Made by a program: the position numbers and the translations under genes. From Fimbriosthenelais zetlandica (taxonomy: Eukaryota), in the NCBI GenBank assembly GCA_977030845.1, contig OZ365114.1:19964001-20028000 (forward strand): a stretch of DNA of 64,000 nt, in the 5' to 3' direction. The notes under the pieces are model-generated. The model had not been told where the DNA came from and searched no databases. It was given only the letters and a program-made list of their open reading frames with translations. Position 1 is the first letter of the stretch, and every line of letters starts with the position of its first letter. Shown here piece after piece: positions 39,601-51,500 of the stretch.

Positions 39601-40149
39601 ATACCTTCTAGGCCGGGCCCAACGGATTTTATCGTATCAACTCGGCAGGTCATAAGGAGTTTTATCACATTCAAACTGGACTTCGCAGTGCAGTTGTTAT
39701 GGTGTAAAAAGTGAGCGACAATACAGGCAAACACTGGCCAGAGTGTATCAATGTAGATTGGAGTGACCCATGGTCCTCGTTACCAGACCAAGGCCACACT
39801 TGCTGGCAGACTGGATAGTTTGAGTCCTTGAAAGGTATGGTAAAGCTTTTCATGCCACCTTCTCTCTCACACAGGTCAATTATTAAAGGTACTTGCCAAC
39901 TCCCCTCTAAATTACTGCTTCAGATAAGAAATGTAGATTCATCTTGAATCATTGCTAATTCACAAAGAGATGATACTGCATGAATATGCGACATGTATAT
40001 TAGACCTTCTCTGTGATATTTATTCCACACGTGTTGTTTTCATTGAATACATGGAGAGGCCTCTTATATATCTATAATATGATAATCCATAACCTGATAT
40101 AAATAATAACTTCAAGCTCCTTCATAAATAACAAGGGAGATTATAAATC

Positions 40150-40760
40150 TCTCAACAACTCTATATGATCTTCTAGCTGGGATACTTCAAGGGGACATTG
40201 ATCTCCATTGATTGAGAGGAACTAAATTTAGATCACATTGCACCTATTCACGTCTCTACACTTCCAATATGTACACAGTTAAAGAGGTACTTCAACGATG
40301 GAATCATCCTTGATACACGCTACACTGAACCTAAGCTCATCATATATTCCCTATACAATATGTAGATTCTTTCATACTCAATTGACTTTCCCACTTTGTT
40401 CATACCTTAAATGAACAAAGAAGCTCTGAATTTTTCAGATGAATTTTAGGCAAATCCAAAGTGCATGAACTGCTTACTTGTGAATCACCTGCGGTGTACT
40501 TATTAATAACCATGCATTGTGGACCTGAACAGACATACTTGGAAAGTAGTTCCAAAGTCACATATTTACTACTATTACTAGAGATGTCCATGGTAAGATA
40601 TAACCAACGTAAAGGGCCTTCTTTCCCTAATGCAGTTTCTGTATAATCAACCAAGCTTATTTGAGGCATGGCACGATATCGGAAAACACATTGGAGTCAA
40701 GTTCTCTCAAATTGCTATAAAGATCATTTTTGGTCGCGTGCAACATTCTACCCTAGCTCG
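40150..40760 (+). mobile_element. Decayed RTE-type LINE RT
   Basis: DLLAGILQGD (40167-40196; GVLQGDtLAP), IQYVDS (ADD region), LINNHAL...ILGK (ing..Le...YLGs), TLESSSL (iWkS..Ls). Confidence 0.55.
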
Positions 40761-41349
40761 TAACCACCACCATCATCACCTACCTATTCTCTCCTCCTTT
40801 CCTCCTACCCTGCCCCAGCTATGCTTCCTACACTATTATAGAATTGTTCAAGCCTTGCTTTTGACAATTCTTCAATATTCAGTATGTTTTTAATTGCTAT
40901 ATATTCGTTTGCCCTTATTCATGACTCCCCATGGAGCTGAGATACTTAAAAATCAGGCAGAAACACCAATAGAGAAAGGCATCCAGACCTTTGATGAGGG
41001 ACAGTGCCTAGTCTAGCCTATACTGGTACTAGTGGTTGTGATACATTTTGCTGCGTCAGCAGTCCTACCAGTCTCAGTGTTGGGGGTGCTGGGAATGCCT
41101 GGCCTTGGGGACAGACCTCAAGCCTGCAATAATGTGCCCTTCCATCTTTAGAACTAACTGTTGCTGATTGATTGTTTCACATTAAAGCTCTTGTTTATCC
41201 TACAATTCCACCTGAAGCACCACTCAAATTGCTGCACCTTATGCTTGATCAATGCACATTGCACCTATTCAACTTATGAATGTCTACTGACTTCCCTATA
41301 GTCTGGCTTCTTTGTAACATTATTGTAATTTTCATCAGATCTGTTTGCG

Positions 41350-42037
41350 TCTGAGAATGGTTCTGGCAGAATTTAACAAAGGAAGAGGTCATACCTGGGA
41401 TGATGGCAGAAATGCATCATACCATAGATCCTGGACTGGTTTCAGACACACGGCTTATAATAATTATATGACATCAAATCCTCGTAACTTATTATAGAAC
41501 ACATCACTACCACCTGTTGGGAAAAGATCCGATAACGTGCAATTGAACATTTCTTATAGAAAAAGCCAACAGGAGAGACGAAGATTGTAAATCTGTCACC
41601 CATTCAATTATGAAAATGGTGTCCATGACAGAGACATTAGGTGATCTCCGACAATCCATGTAACAGGCTCACGAGCACTGACACCATCGATAATGAGGTG
41701 AATAATATGATATCTAGATTTTACTTCTAATTATAACTAGGGAATTTCGCAATAATCGGTAACCTGCCTTAGGTTCTGTGAGGCAGTTTAAAGACTGCAG
41801 ATGCTGTAATGTTGCTGACTGAATCTCTCGTTTTTGTCTTAATGTTCTCATATTCGAGAGCCATCCGGAGTTGACTAAAACTATCCCTCCACATAGATCA
41901 GTAGGAGAAACGTCCGTCCTATATACTCCGACATGACATCCATAATTTATCATTTCCAATATATCTCGCACCAAGTCCTGTCTCATTAGTAGATGATGGC
42001 CAGCGCCTAATGAACGCCGCCAGACGCCGGCTGCCAT
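41350..42037 (-). mobile_element. Decayed PIF/Harbinger DDE transposase
   Basis: Starts at CAAGATGGCAGCC. SNMR...ATLQHL (dTnMR...vTLR.La), IIEW, HVIG..P (GKHv.i..P), and FPTGGSDVFYNKLRGFDVI*LL (P..sGS.yyNYKg.fSivL, 41476-41523). Confidence 0.6.
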
Positions 42038-44060
42038 CTTGTTTTTTCCTCGCCCTGCTGCTGCAACGTCGTTACAATCCTGGTAATGACGTCATAGAAG
42101 CAGGTTTGATGAATATGACCTGCGAGTTGGCATGGTACCCACAACTGTAGACCTTTCTTCATACCATTCATGCCTCAAGGCCTTTCTGCATGGGACTATA
42201 CAATATGATATATGCTGATGTAGGATGTGTTCTGGGCTAGCCCAAGGTTTTGCCTTGACAGATAAGGATTTATTCTGGCTGTATTTTACTAATTGCCAAG
42301 GAGTACTCTCACTGTAACATGACAGCAGTGGGCTAAATATAAGCTGGCTGGCCTATACCCTGATCGGGGTCAGGTACTGTGCTGGGGGTTTCCCTTTCTT
42401 GCACGAAATTCGGCAATGTCATATGAGATGCATTGTGAAACAGAAATCCTTCTGCATGAGCCTGATGTACGTTCCCATGTTCATTGATGAACCTTGCCAA
42501 AATATATGTGAATGCAGCGTTAAAAATGTTTTGAATAAATCTATGCCAGCGTAAACATAGATGCTAGCATTCCACAAAGTTCTTTTTTAAACCTCCCAAT
42601 ACTGACTGTGATTTCAATCCCAAATCATGAATAAACTATATATCCTCAAATATAAAAATATTATTCTAGAATTACCTTCATAAACCTGTGGTTGGCATGA
42701 AATCCATCACTGAGTGGAGAGATGGTGGTTCGGGTATGCTCATAATATATTTCATACATAGTCAGCATTTTTTCAAGTCCAATGTGTGAATGTCAGGGAG
42801 AGCTAGTGGCTATGGTTAAGAATGTGTGACTAATCAATTGGAACATATTGAAGTCTCTTCACATCCCCCTGCTCCTGCCAAAGGTTGTGCCACTAGCCTC
42901 CATGGATTTTTCTATGACCTTTACAAACTGGTGGCCCTGGTTTCACAAAGGCATTCATTAAAAAGTACAATCAGGGTAATGATGTGCTGTATATGAAATC
43001 AGTCTCCCCTGGATGATGGAACCAGCTGTGAGTAAAGGTAAAACTTGTATTATGAGGCTTAACACTAAAAAGGCCTCTCAGGGCCATGCAGATCATGTCC
43101 ACATCTGTGTCTAGCGGTTCATAAATCAGACTAAACTCCTTCAGAACCCAGTAAAAAAATAATCCACTCGTAATCAGAGTGATTACTGACAGAATCTCTC
43201 GGTAAATGAGAGAAAAGCTTAAGATTTATAAAGCTGCTGCTACCATTGCCTCTTCCCCATCTTGCCCCTCCCTTTCTCCATGCTCTTGTCCCATTATTTT
43301 CCCGCCAAGATCGATATTAATTACATTAGGCGACGCCGCTGACACCTGGAGGCCTTATGAAGAAGCTGCCTCAGGGCCAGTGTGGGGAATTTTCGGGGCC
43401 GCATGGAGCGCATGCTTCCAAGGTCACTGAGTGCATGTGTGAGAAGACCGTTATGACGTAGGCAAGTCACATGACTGTAGGTGAAGTTCAAACACTAGAT
43501 GAGTGGTCAGGACTGTTGTCAGGTGTACCCATCCCATCCATTCTGACCTGTTGGAAAATAAATATTTTGATGTGTAAGGATGCTTACACATCTCGAAAAG
43601 TACTTGAGGAAAGTTTTTAGGTGTACTGTTGTTACAGTTGCCAATGTAGAGAGCTTACTCAGTCATAGATACAAAGTTAAAACAAGCAAAAGAAAGAAAC
43701 GAGATCATTCAAAGGGCTTTATACAGGACCCTCAAGGTGGCCACTAATTTGGACACTGGGACAACAGGACAGTTTGGATACGGGTTTCCTCTACCCTGAG
43801 TAAATTGGATCTTTGATAAGGGTGCTGATATAGTACCTGGATGCACGCCTTCCTTTAATCTACTGTTGAAGTAGTTAGGTCATAAGAGGAACCACAGCTT
43901 TGGCTGCTGCCTTTACTCCATTGTAAGCCTCTTAGGGTATTTGCTAAAAATGCATCTATAAAAAGTAATATTATCTTTGCATGTCCCCGATAAATGCGTA
44001 ATACAAAATATGCTTAGATCCTAATCCGATTACAAAGGTTTGAACTCTTCCTCAGCCCAC

Positions 44061-44088
44061 CATTAGGCTAATCACATTAGGCTAATCA
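44061..44088. repeat. 14-bp exact tandem duplication
   Basis: CATTAGGCTAATCA x2. Confidence 0.9.
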
Positions 44089-45850
44089 CCATTAACTCCC
44101 TGAGAACTTCCAACAGAAAGTATGTGCTCATTAATTAGCAGTCTACCATCGCAGTGAAGGACCAAAAGACGATGGTCATGAGGAAAAGGAACTCGATCTG
44201 AGTGGCCTCTTACAAGTAACAGACATTTTATGCCCATGTGTAAATGACAAGGGAGATATTGCCGATTATTGGCGCTCCTCTCGCGAAGAAGGCTTTTTCT
44301 GTCCACTAAAATGGTAGCTATTGGGATTACGCTTCCCTTTTGTCCTCCCTTAAGCTGTGTGATACCTCTATAATGTGTGGTAATCTTTGTTTATTTCCCC
44401 CGGGTAGGACAGACAGTGGCAGATAGGGACAGGGCTCACAGTAGACATGTGGTTACAATGTACTGTGGTACTGTGGTGAGTCTTTTCAAACCTGTGTGTT
44501 GTTAAACAACATGTGTTAGCAACAAGTGGGACCTCATTCACTTATTGCCTTTATGTTATTCATACGCATTGTGACAGCAATTGGCTGGGACCTCAGTTTG
44601 AACAACATATATATCCCACTCCACTCTTCACTTTCATTGCAACGGTTATTCAACTTTTGCAAGAATAAATTGCATATTTCTTCTGAAATTGAACCCTGAG
44701 GCTTCTTCGGAAATGCGATATTCAAGTATGAAAAATAATTGCAGATTCAGGCCAAGGGAATTCTAATTGGTAATTGGATATTGCTTCCATATCCTACCTT
44801 GGCTACATAAGCCATGGAGTCATCAATTTTGGTCAGAATCTGCTTTAATGATTTAAGATGGTTTGGCGTTTGGTGGTGAAATTGGAGCCGATCTTGTTGA
44901 TACCTCAATGTATTGAGCCACTCACCAAGAGCCAATTAGTCGCTTCCCATGCTACTTATTTCTGTGCAATCTATATTCATAGCTCAAATTTAGCGTGACT
45001 ATCAGTTTAATACTTTCATGCATATAGTGTTAGTCTTCTTGCCTGTGACAATGTGACTCTTTATATCAGAATATCAGTGATAGTTTAATTAAGTTCGGAG
45101 AAAAAAAAGGAGGAGAAAAGGAATGACAGATAAAGCAAAGAATGTGATTTTTTGAGCGGAACATATTCAAACATTTGCTTAAACCGTAGCATTATTTTCC
45201 CACTTGCAATTTTCCTTCCTTTCAGCTTTTCTCTATACATTTCCCTATCTTCCTCACATTCTCTATACATGTATGTCCTCGCCCTCTTGCCTTCACTCTT
45301 TTCTCAGATATACTCAATTTCCTCTCCATCATCCTCTTTTCATACCCCATCCTCTCCTTCTCTTCTGTCTTTATGTGAGGTCTTCCACTAGATATCATAG
45401 ACAGAATAGCATGCTTTGAGGAATGCCTCATAGAATATGGAGGACTGTATCAGATGTCAACGCCATACTAGCAACATTCTACATCAATCAATGAGCAAGC
45501 ACGTCTCACAGAAAGATGAAGCATCTTCATCCAAATGATAGCTTCTTTCATGGCAAAGGCAGGTTGTCGATGATTGAATTCCAGGCCTTCCATCCCAATA
45601 TGCAGATAATACCATAGATTAAAATACCCTTGAATCCAATGCCCTGAAAGATAAGTAGGCCTAAATTTAACTTTCTACGTTATACCGTTGGTTTAATTGA
45701 AGATTTGTAGCATCAGAAGTTCCGCTCTCCTTGCGGCACTTGTTCCACTTCACTTGCATTAACCGCAAGCCACCCATTTTCTTGTGGCAATAACAATATC
45801 ATCGTCTGCTGGCCACTTGTAAGCCTTGCGGTTGTTTCCACTACTGTTAA

Positions 45851-45949
45851 AAGTCACGGAGGGACCTCCTATGATATTCCACAAGTCATGAAGGGACCTC
45901 CTATCATATTCCACAAGTCATGAAGGGACCTCCTATCATATTCACAAGT
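45851..45949. repeat. 32-bp minisatellite, about 3 copies
   Basis: Unit GGGACCTCCTAT(G/C)ATATTCCACAAGTCATGAA at 45861-45892 and 45893-45924 (1 mismatch), with a partial third copy from 45925. Confidence 0.95.
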
Positions 45950-47254
45950 AGAAAGTCGCAATGAAATATTGCAGTTTTTTTCAGAAGGCCTAAAATCTGG
46001 TGGAGTCAAGTCATTATCAATGCAAGTGTTTGAGACATTTGAATTGTCAGGCACCATGAGATCTCCCTGGTGTCAAAGATAAGTGTGTGATTACTATGAA
46101 TATCGACATTATTAGTCGAAGATCAAGGTTTAGCAGTCTAAATTGCCTGTAGAAAGACCACCCCTGGCGGATAGAGTTACTACTGCCATTGAAACGCTAT
46201 TAACACATTTAGTAGGAGTATTGACATGGGTAATATGATCTAAATATCTGATGATGATCATGAACATGCAGCTGCAGTTGATAGTAACATTTGCTGGAAT
46301 TTTGGCCTAAATGCGTTCTAGAATTATTGTCACGAACATTTCCTGGATTCCGGTTACAGCATTTCCTCCTGTGTCCCTGTCCGAGTTATCGTATCTTCTA
46401 GCAGAATAAAACGCACAATGCTATACAGTGAGATATTATGTGCCATCAATCACTAGAAGAGACTAATCCAATGCTATATTAAAGCAATCGCTCGGGGGCT
46501 GTCTCTGTCATTGTCTATGTATGTTATAGCGAGAGACATCCGCAGTTAAAAGCTCACATATCTACTGTGAAGATTAGATTTAGCTGAAAGCAGCACTTGT
46601 GGAAATGTCGATTATATATCAAATCTAAAGTTTTGTTAACGTGGAGTCGAGGTAATGGGGAAGATATCTCACAGTTAAAAAAGAAGTGTTTGGATGTTGA
46701 GAGATGTCAGATGTAGACTATTATCATCAGGGATGTTTTCTTCCCCCTCTCCCCGCTCCACTCCTATTTGGATAGTCTCATCTATGAGGGTAGAGTGGAT
46801 GGATGTTACGCTTAAGGTGCAGAGGCAGCAAATTCTGCCATTAACAGGCTCATTGAGGAGATCATTGGGGTGATGGGTTATCAGCCGAGTGAATGGACCC
46901 GCAAGGGACGCCTTCTCTGAAGAAGACACTTAGTGTGCTATGTGATTGCAAGGAATGTGAGTATATATCCTTGCCTTAAACTGCTGTATCAACAGTTTCT
47001 CCCTTGTAAAGTGTTAACTAAATAGAATGCAGCTTTATCGGCATAAGAATATTTTCTCAAAATATGAACTGTTGAGGTACTTGCTTTTTCAGTTCATTGG
47101 ATTCATGCATCAATGAACAGTTGTTGCAGTGAAGAAAAATAATTAGTATATTAAATTGGTTTCTGGGAAGAAATTGGTCCATTTTGTTTAGGAATGAGTG
47201 TATTTTAGTGGAATTAAAATACAGCATGGAATTGAATGACTTGGATGTTGGGTG

Positions 47255-48000
47255 GAGGAGGAGGACAGAGAATGCAATTGCCTGCAGCATCAGGCAGTAA
47301 TGGAAACAGCAGTTGCAGCAGCAGCAGAAGCAAAAGCATCAGCAGTAGTCGCTCAGTGGAGGCCACCCCAACCACAGCAGGCCAAGTCCCAGCCTGGAAA
47401 ATGGCGGCAGCCGGGATGCATTTCAGACCAGCCCACGGCAGCTGTTCACATCAAAATCCCCTTAACGCTCTACAGTTCAATACCTGAATCTCCACTTGAT
47501 TCATATCGACCACTCCTCTTTCTATATACTCAACAAGGCTGCCTGCCTGCTCAGCTTTAGTCTGATACAGCAAAAAAAACAAACAAGAGATTTGTCTCTT
47601 GTTTGGAAAGAGATACAGAGGAGGGAGGCATTTTGGCAGGAGATGGATGACAGCATTGCTGCTGGCTGGTCATTGTAGGTCGTGCGCGAAGCAGCCTGAA
47701 GCCCGAGTGAGAATCATACACACACTGGTGAAGTTCGGAGGAGTGGGGTTGGTATGTATGTTGTTGCTGCTGCTCCTCCTCCTGCAAATCTGCCCACAAA
47801 CGCACGGTGCCGCCATCGCTGCTTGCCGCTCCTGGGCCCGTGCAGACTACAGAGCCTTCTCTTTTGCCGCCAAAGCCTAGCATCCTGCCCAACCGCCAGC
47901 ATCGGCAGCAAACAGGGGTTGAGCGACTACCACCACTACCATCACCACTGCCACCGCCACTAGCACCACCAACATCGACTGCAGGAGTAGCAGCAGGAAT
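47255..48000. repeat. Degenerate trinucleotide-rich low-complexity region (GGA, GCA, GCT, CCA tracts)
   Basis: GCAGCAGCAGCAGAAGC near 47316, TTGTTGCTGCTGCTCCTCCTCC near 47761, CCACCACTACCATCACCACTGCCACCGCC near 47928. Confidence 0.7.
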
Positions 48001-48399
48001 TTAACATAGCAGGGACTGTACACCACCATCCACCGTGGGCTTTAGCAAGGAGCATGTGAGAAGCCACAGGGAGTTAATGGTTACCCAAAAGGTGAGACAC
48101 TGGCAAAAAGATGGAGACCACCCTGCTCCAACGCTTGCGGTAAGAATTTTTGATTGTTGCCTCAACCTGAGAGGTACTTTGTTGGCTTTAGGTTCTGGGA
48201 AGAGAGGCGGGAAGGAAAGAGGAGGATGAGGAGAGGATGAGGAGGAGTGCAGTTGGAACTCTATGTATAAAGCTAGATCAATGTCCGCGCTAATTTATGC
48301 TGGCGGGTGCAAGTCTTGGCAGTTCAATTTTTGGCCTTGTTTGTGGGTTTGAAAATCATCCTGGCAAGGTGACTCTGGGATGTGGAATTCTGACACTCT

Positions 48400-48560
48400 G
48401 GTCGTCTGTGGCAAAAAGCAGTTGACACGACTGTCTTATACCGCCATGATGTAAACCACGAAGAGGCAGACCACCGACTACTGGCAGACCGCTCGTAGTC
48501 TGCAGCAAGGCCCTTACCGGCTGCTAATCCATTTGATTGTCATTGATTTCCATTTCCCAG
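48400..48560 (+). mobile_element. Fragment with NHEEADHRLL motif; possible Academ (XPG/PIN-like nuclease) transposon remnant
   Basis: VLYRHDVNHEEADHRLL (48433-48483) matches the HEEADtRl.lH motif I associate with XPG-like domains of animal AcademX elements. The expected DTD motif is not clearly present. Confidence 0.4.
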
Positions 48561-51500
48561 CATTTAGTGATAAACCAAAGGATGGTCAACATAAGAGGAC
48601 CACATTTTTAAGACCTTCATAATTCTGGATAGAATTCAGTTCTGCCGGGTACTCCTCTGAATTTAACCCTCCATCCAATATGAGTTTAAACATTGCTGTC
48701 AATTAGTATCTAAGCTTTTGGAAATTAGATGTGAATTATTCCTCAGTGCACATCCACAGGTTATCTAATCCCTTCAATCTGATCGCTGTCGTGAGAGATT
48801 AAATAGAACTCGTGACATTGCATTACACATTAAAATCAATTAAAATCAGATCATCACCGAGGAAAGAGATCACGTATCTTTCAAATCTTGTTAAAAAACA
48901 TTGATTTGTGAATAATAATAAGAATTTGAAATCAATGCGTATATGTTATATTCATCATATTTAATGGAAAGTTTGAGTATATAATACAAGAACCTTTATG
49001 GGATGGATACAAGTGTGTCATCTCTTGAGTCTTGTAACTACTCATGGTGTTGCTGGGACTGTACTGAGCAGATAGAGTTATGCACTCGCCTCTGTTGCTT
49101 CATGGGGCACCTCCTTCCTTCCCTCTGCACCTACCCCGTTATTACCTCTCCCTGTAACCCCCCTATCCTGTCACCCCCCTCACTGGCTACCTTCACCCGA
49201 CCAGACACTAGGGAAGACCCTCTTCACACTAACCCCAGCTCACCATCTCTCAAAAGCATCGTTTTGTTTTTGTCAGTTCAACTCGCACCAGTGGAGAGCC
49301 AAAGGCTGCTGGCATTATTTATCATAAATTATGAACGCAGGGCCCACCCCTCTCCTCTCCCCACCTCCTCAGAGAGGGGAGAGAGAGACAGTATGAGAAT
49401 CATTTGGTGGATATCAGCGCGAACCAAGGGTAGGATGAGGGAATGGTATCTCTCTGAAAGATGTATATCCAATGACAGGAATTCTCAGAGATAAGGGCTA
49501 TCTCTGTGCCTTCCCAACTCACCCCCTTCTCCTTCTCCATCTCTCTCTCACTCTCTCTCGCCGGGCCACTTTGTGTTCCTCATCTCTGCTCTCTCCGAGT
49601 TGCTCATATCCACTTGCTGTATACAGCTCGTCTATTGCTTACCGTCTGGAAATGGCAATGGATTTCCTTCAGCCATCCTAATGCTGCTTCTCTTGCCAGA
49701 GCCAGAAGCCAAGACAAGAAGCCAATGCTTTTGCAATTTCCCATTGCTGAGACCTGCAGCTTAAAACCCTGTACACATACCTCTAGTGTTGGTGGTGTAT
49801 AGGGAGGCCTGCTGTTAACATACATGCACCTGCTTCTTAACAGCCATGCACCCAGCTATGAATGCAATCTCATGCATTATGCATTCCTGCCCATTTATAT
49901 AGAGAATGGAATGTAACAGTGGTTGGGTATTGGGATCCTCGTTCAAGCCTTCATTACTAATGCAGGTTGCATTCATGGCTTAAACAACCATTGAGCTCTG
50001 TAGATTGAAATACATTGTTTAGTACTTAATGCAAGATGATAATGTCTTAGATGTTAAGCAAATCAGTTGAGATGATTTGCAGTTTCTAACCATTTCCATG
50101 CAGTATCCTGATCGGCAAAAAGGAAGTCCACGTAAAAAACACGCTTTTCAACTAATTACCAATAGCATAGAATAGTTTAGAATACACTCTCTTTTTTCTC
50201 ATTTACATCAAAAACTGGCAGCCTGGCTTATTATGCAGTGTCTGTAGGTATACCAGTTATTGAAATACATAGCGAATCATAATTTCGCGGCCATTGCCAA
50301 ATATGCCATTGGTCCAGTTTTAGTTTCAGTTTCCCCAATTCTCTTCCTCCGTGTGATCCATTTCGGCCCGCAGGTAGGCCAAATAACAGCGTATTTATTG
50401 ATCTCCGGGTTTAAACATTGTTTGCTGGATCCTCCTGCTCTCAGTCTGTGAAGTTGTGGAGGTGTGTGGGTGTGTGAATATTACACTGTATGCATGTGTT
50501 CACGCAACTCACGGCAAATATACAGAAGAGGGAGTCTTATTTACCCTTATTCATCATATTTAATGGCCGGACCATGCTTGGGGGTAAGATTTCACGCAGT
50601 TTATCCTCAGGGCAGAGGTTGGCCAACTAACAAATATTATCATTGGTTGGTTGGTCACTTGGGCGACACTGTGTCTGCTTTGAAGTGAAATAACAGCTTC
50701 CATGTTCCCTATTGTATTACTCGACCACTGCCTAGTTAGTCCTTCAATTAAAATATCTAGGTCTACAAGGGAAGGAACTGCTCAACACTGTGATTGCTAA
50801 TTAGTCATATAAGTGTTCCCTGTACATTGACGTGTGTACCTGAGCATTCTTTGCACACAAGGGCAATTGCTGCAATCTAGAATGGCGTGATTATTAGTAA
50901 AAATTATCCTAGCAAGCCAGGAGCAGCTGCCTCATGGTGACCATGATCCAGTAGGCCTTCTACATACAATACTCTCTATACTTTCTGCCTGTCAAAAGGA
51001 TTTATGATGTAAATGCACTAGTGTGTTCACTCTGACATACTTGATGCTATTCCTTGTGTGCATAGACTTCCTGGACAACTGCTCAGAACAGCTGCTCAAA
51101 CAACTATATAGGTAACATAAGTGGTAAGCCAGATGCTTACAGATATAGGAAGACTAACGGCATTCTGAAAGGGCACACTGTTTAAGAGGCCCAGAGGTTA
51201 TTAACATTATATTTCATAGAAACGTTGATACATATATCAAGAGAGTGTATAGGGAAGTGCAAAAAATATCAAGAGCTGTTTTTAAGAATCGCAAAAAAAG
51301 TAAATCGAGAAAAATCAATGAAGGAAGATGAGACATGGCCTCTGCACTGGGTGAGGTTGGGTAAATTGCTGATCCAGCGTTCTGTAATCCTGTCCTATGA
51401 TAACACTAGACAGTCTGTGTACCTGCTCCTATTACAGAATCCCATCAAGGGGTTACCATAGGCAAGACACTGTTGTCATGGAAAAGATGAACATTAGAGC

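Noticed and set aside
45861-45949. 32-bp direct repeats as a CRISPR array
   Set aside because: Copies are head-to-tail with no spacers, the context is eukaryotic, and there are no cas genes
47756-47880. Signal-peptide-like MLLLLLLLLQICPQTHG... as a secreted micropeptide
   Set aside because: The leucine run is a by-product of a CTG/CTC triplet tract, with no dibasic sites or other support
49003-49494. 163-aa ORF as a gene
   Set aside because: Low-complexity CT/GA-rich sequence, no recognisable domain and no splice support
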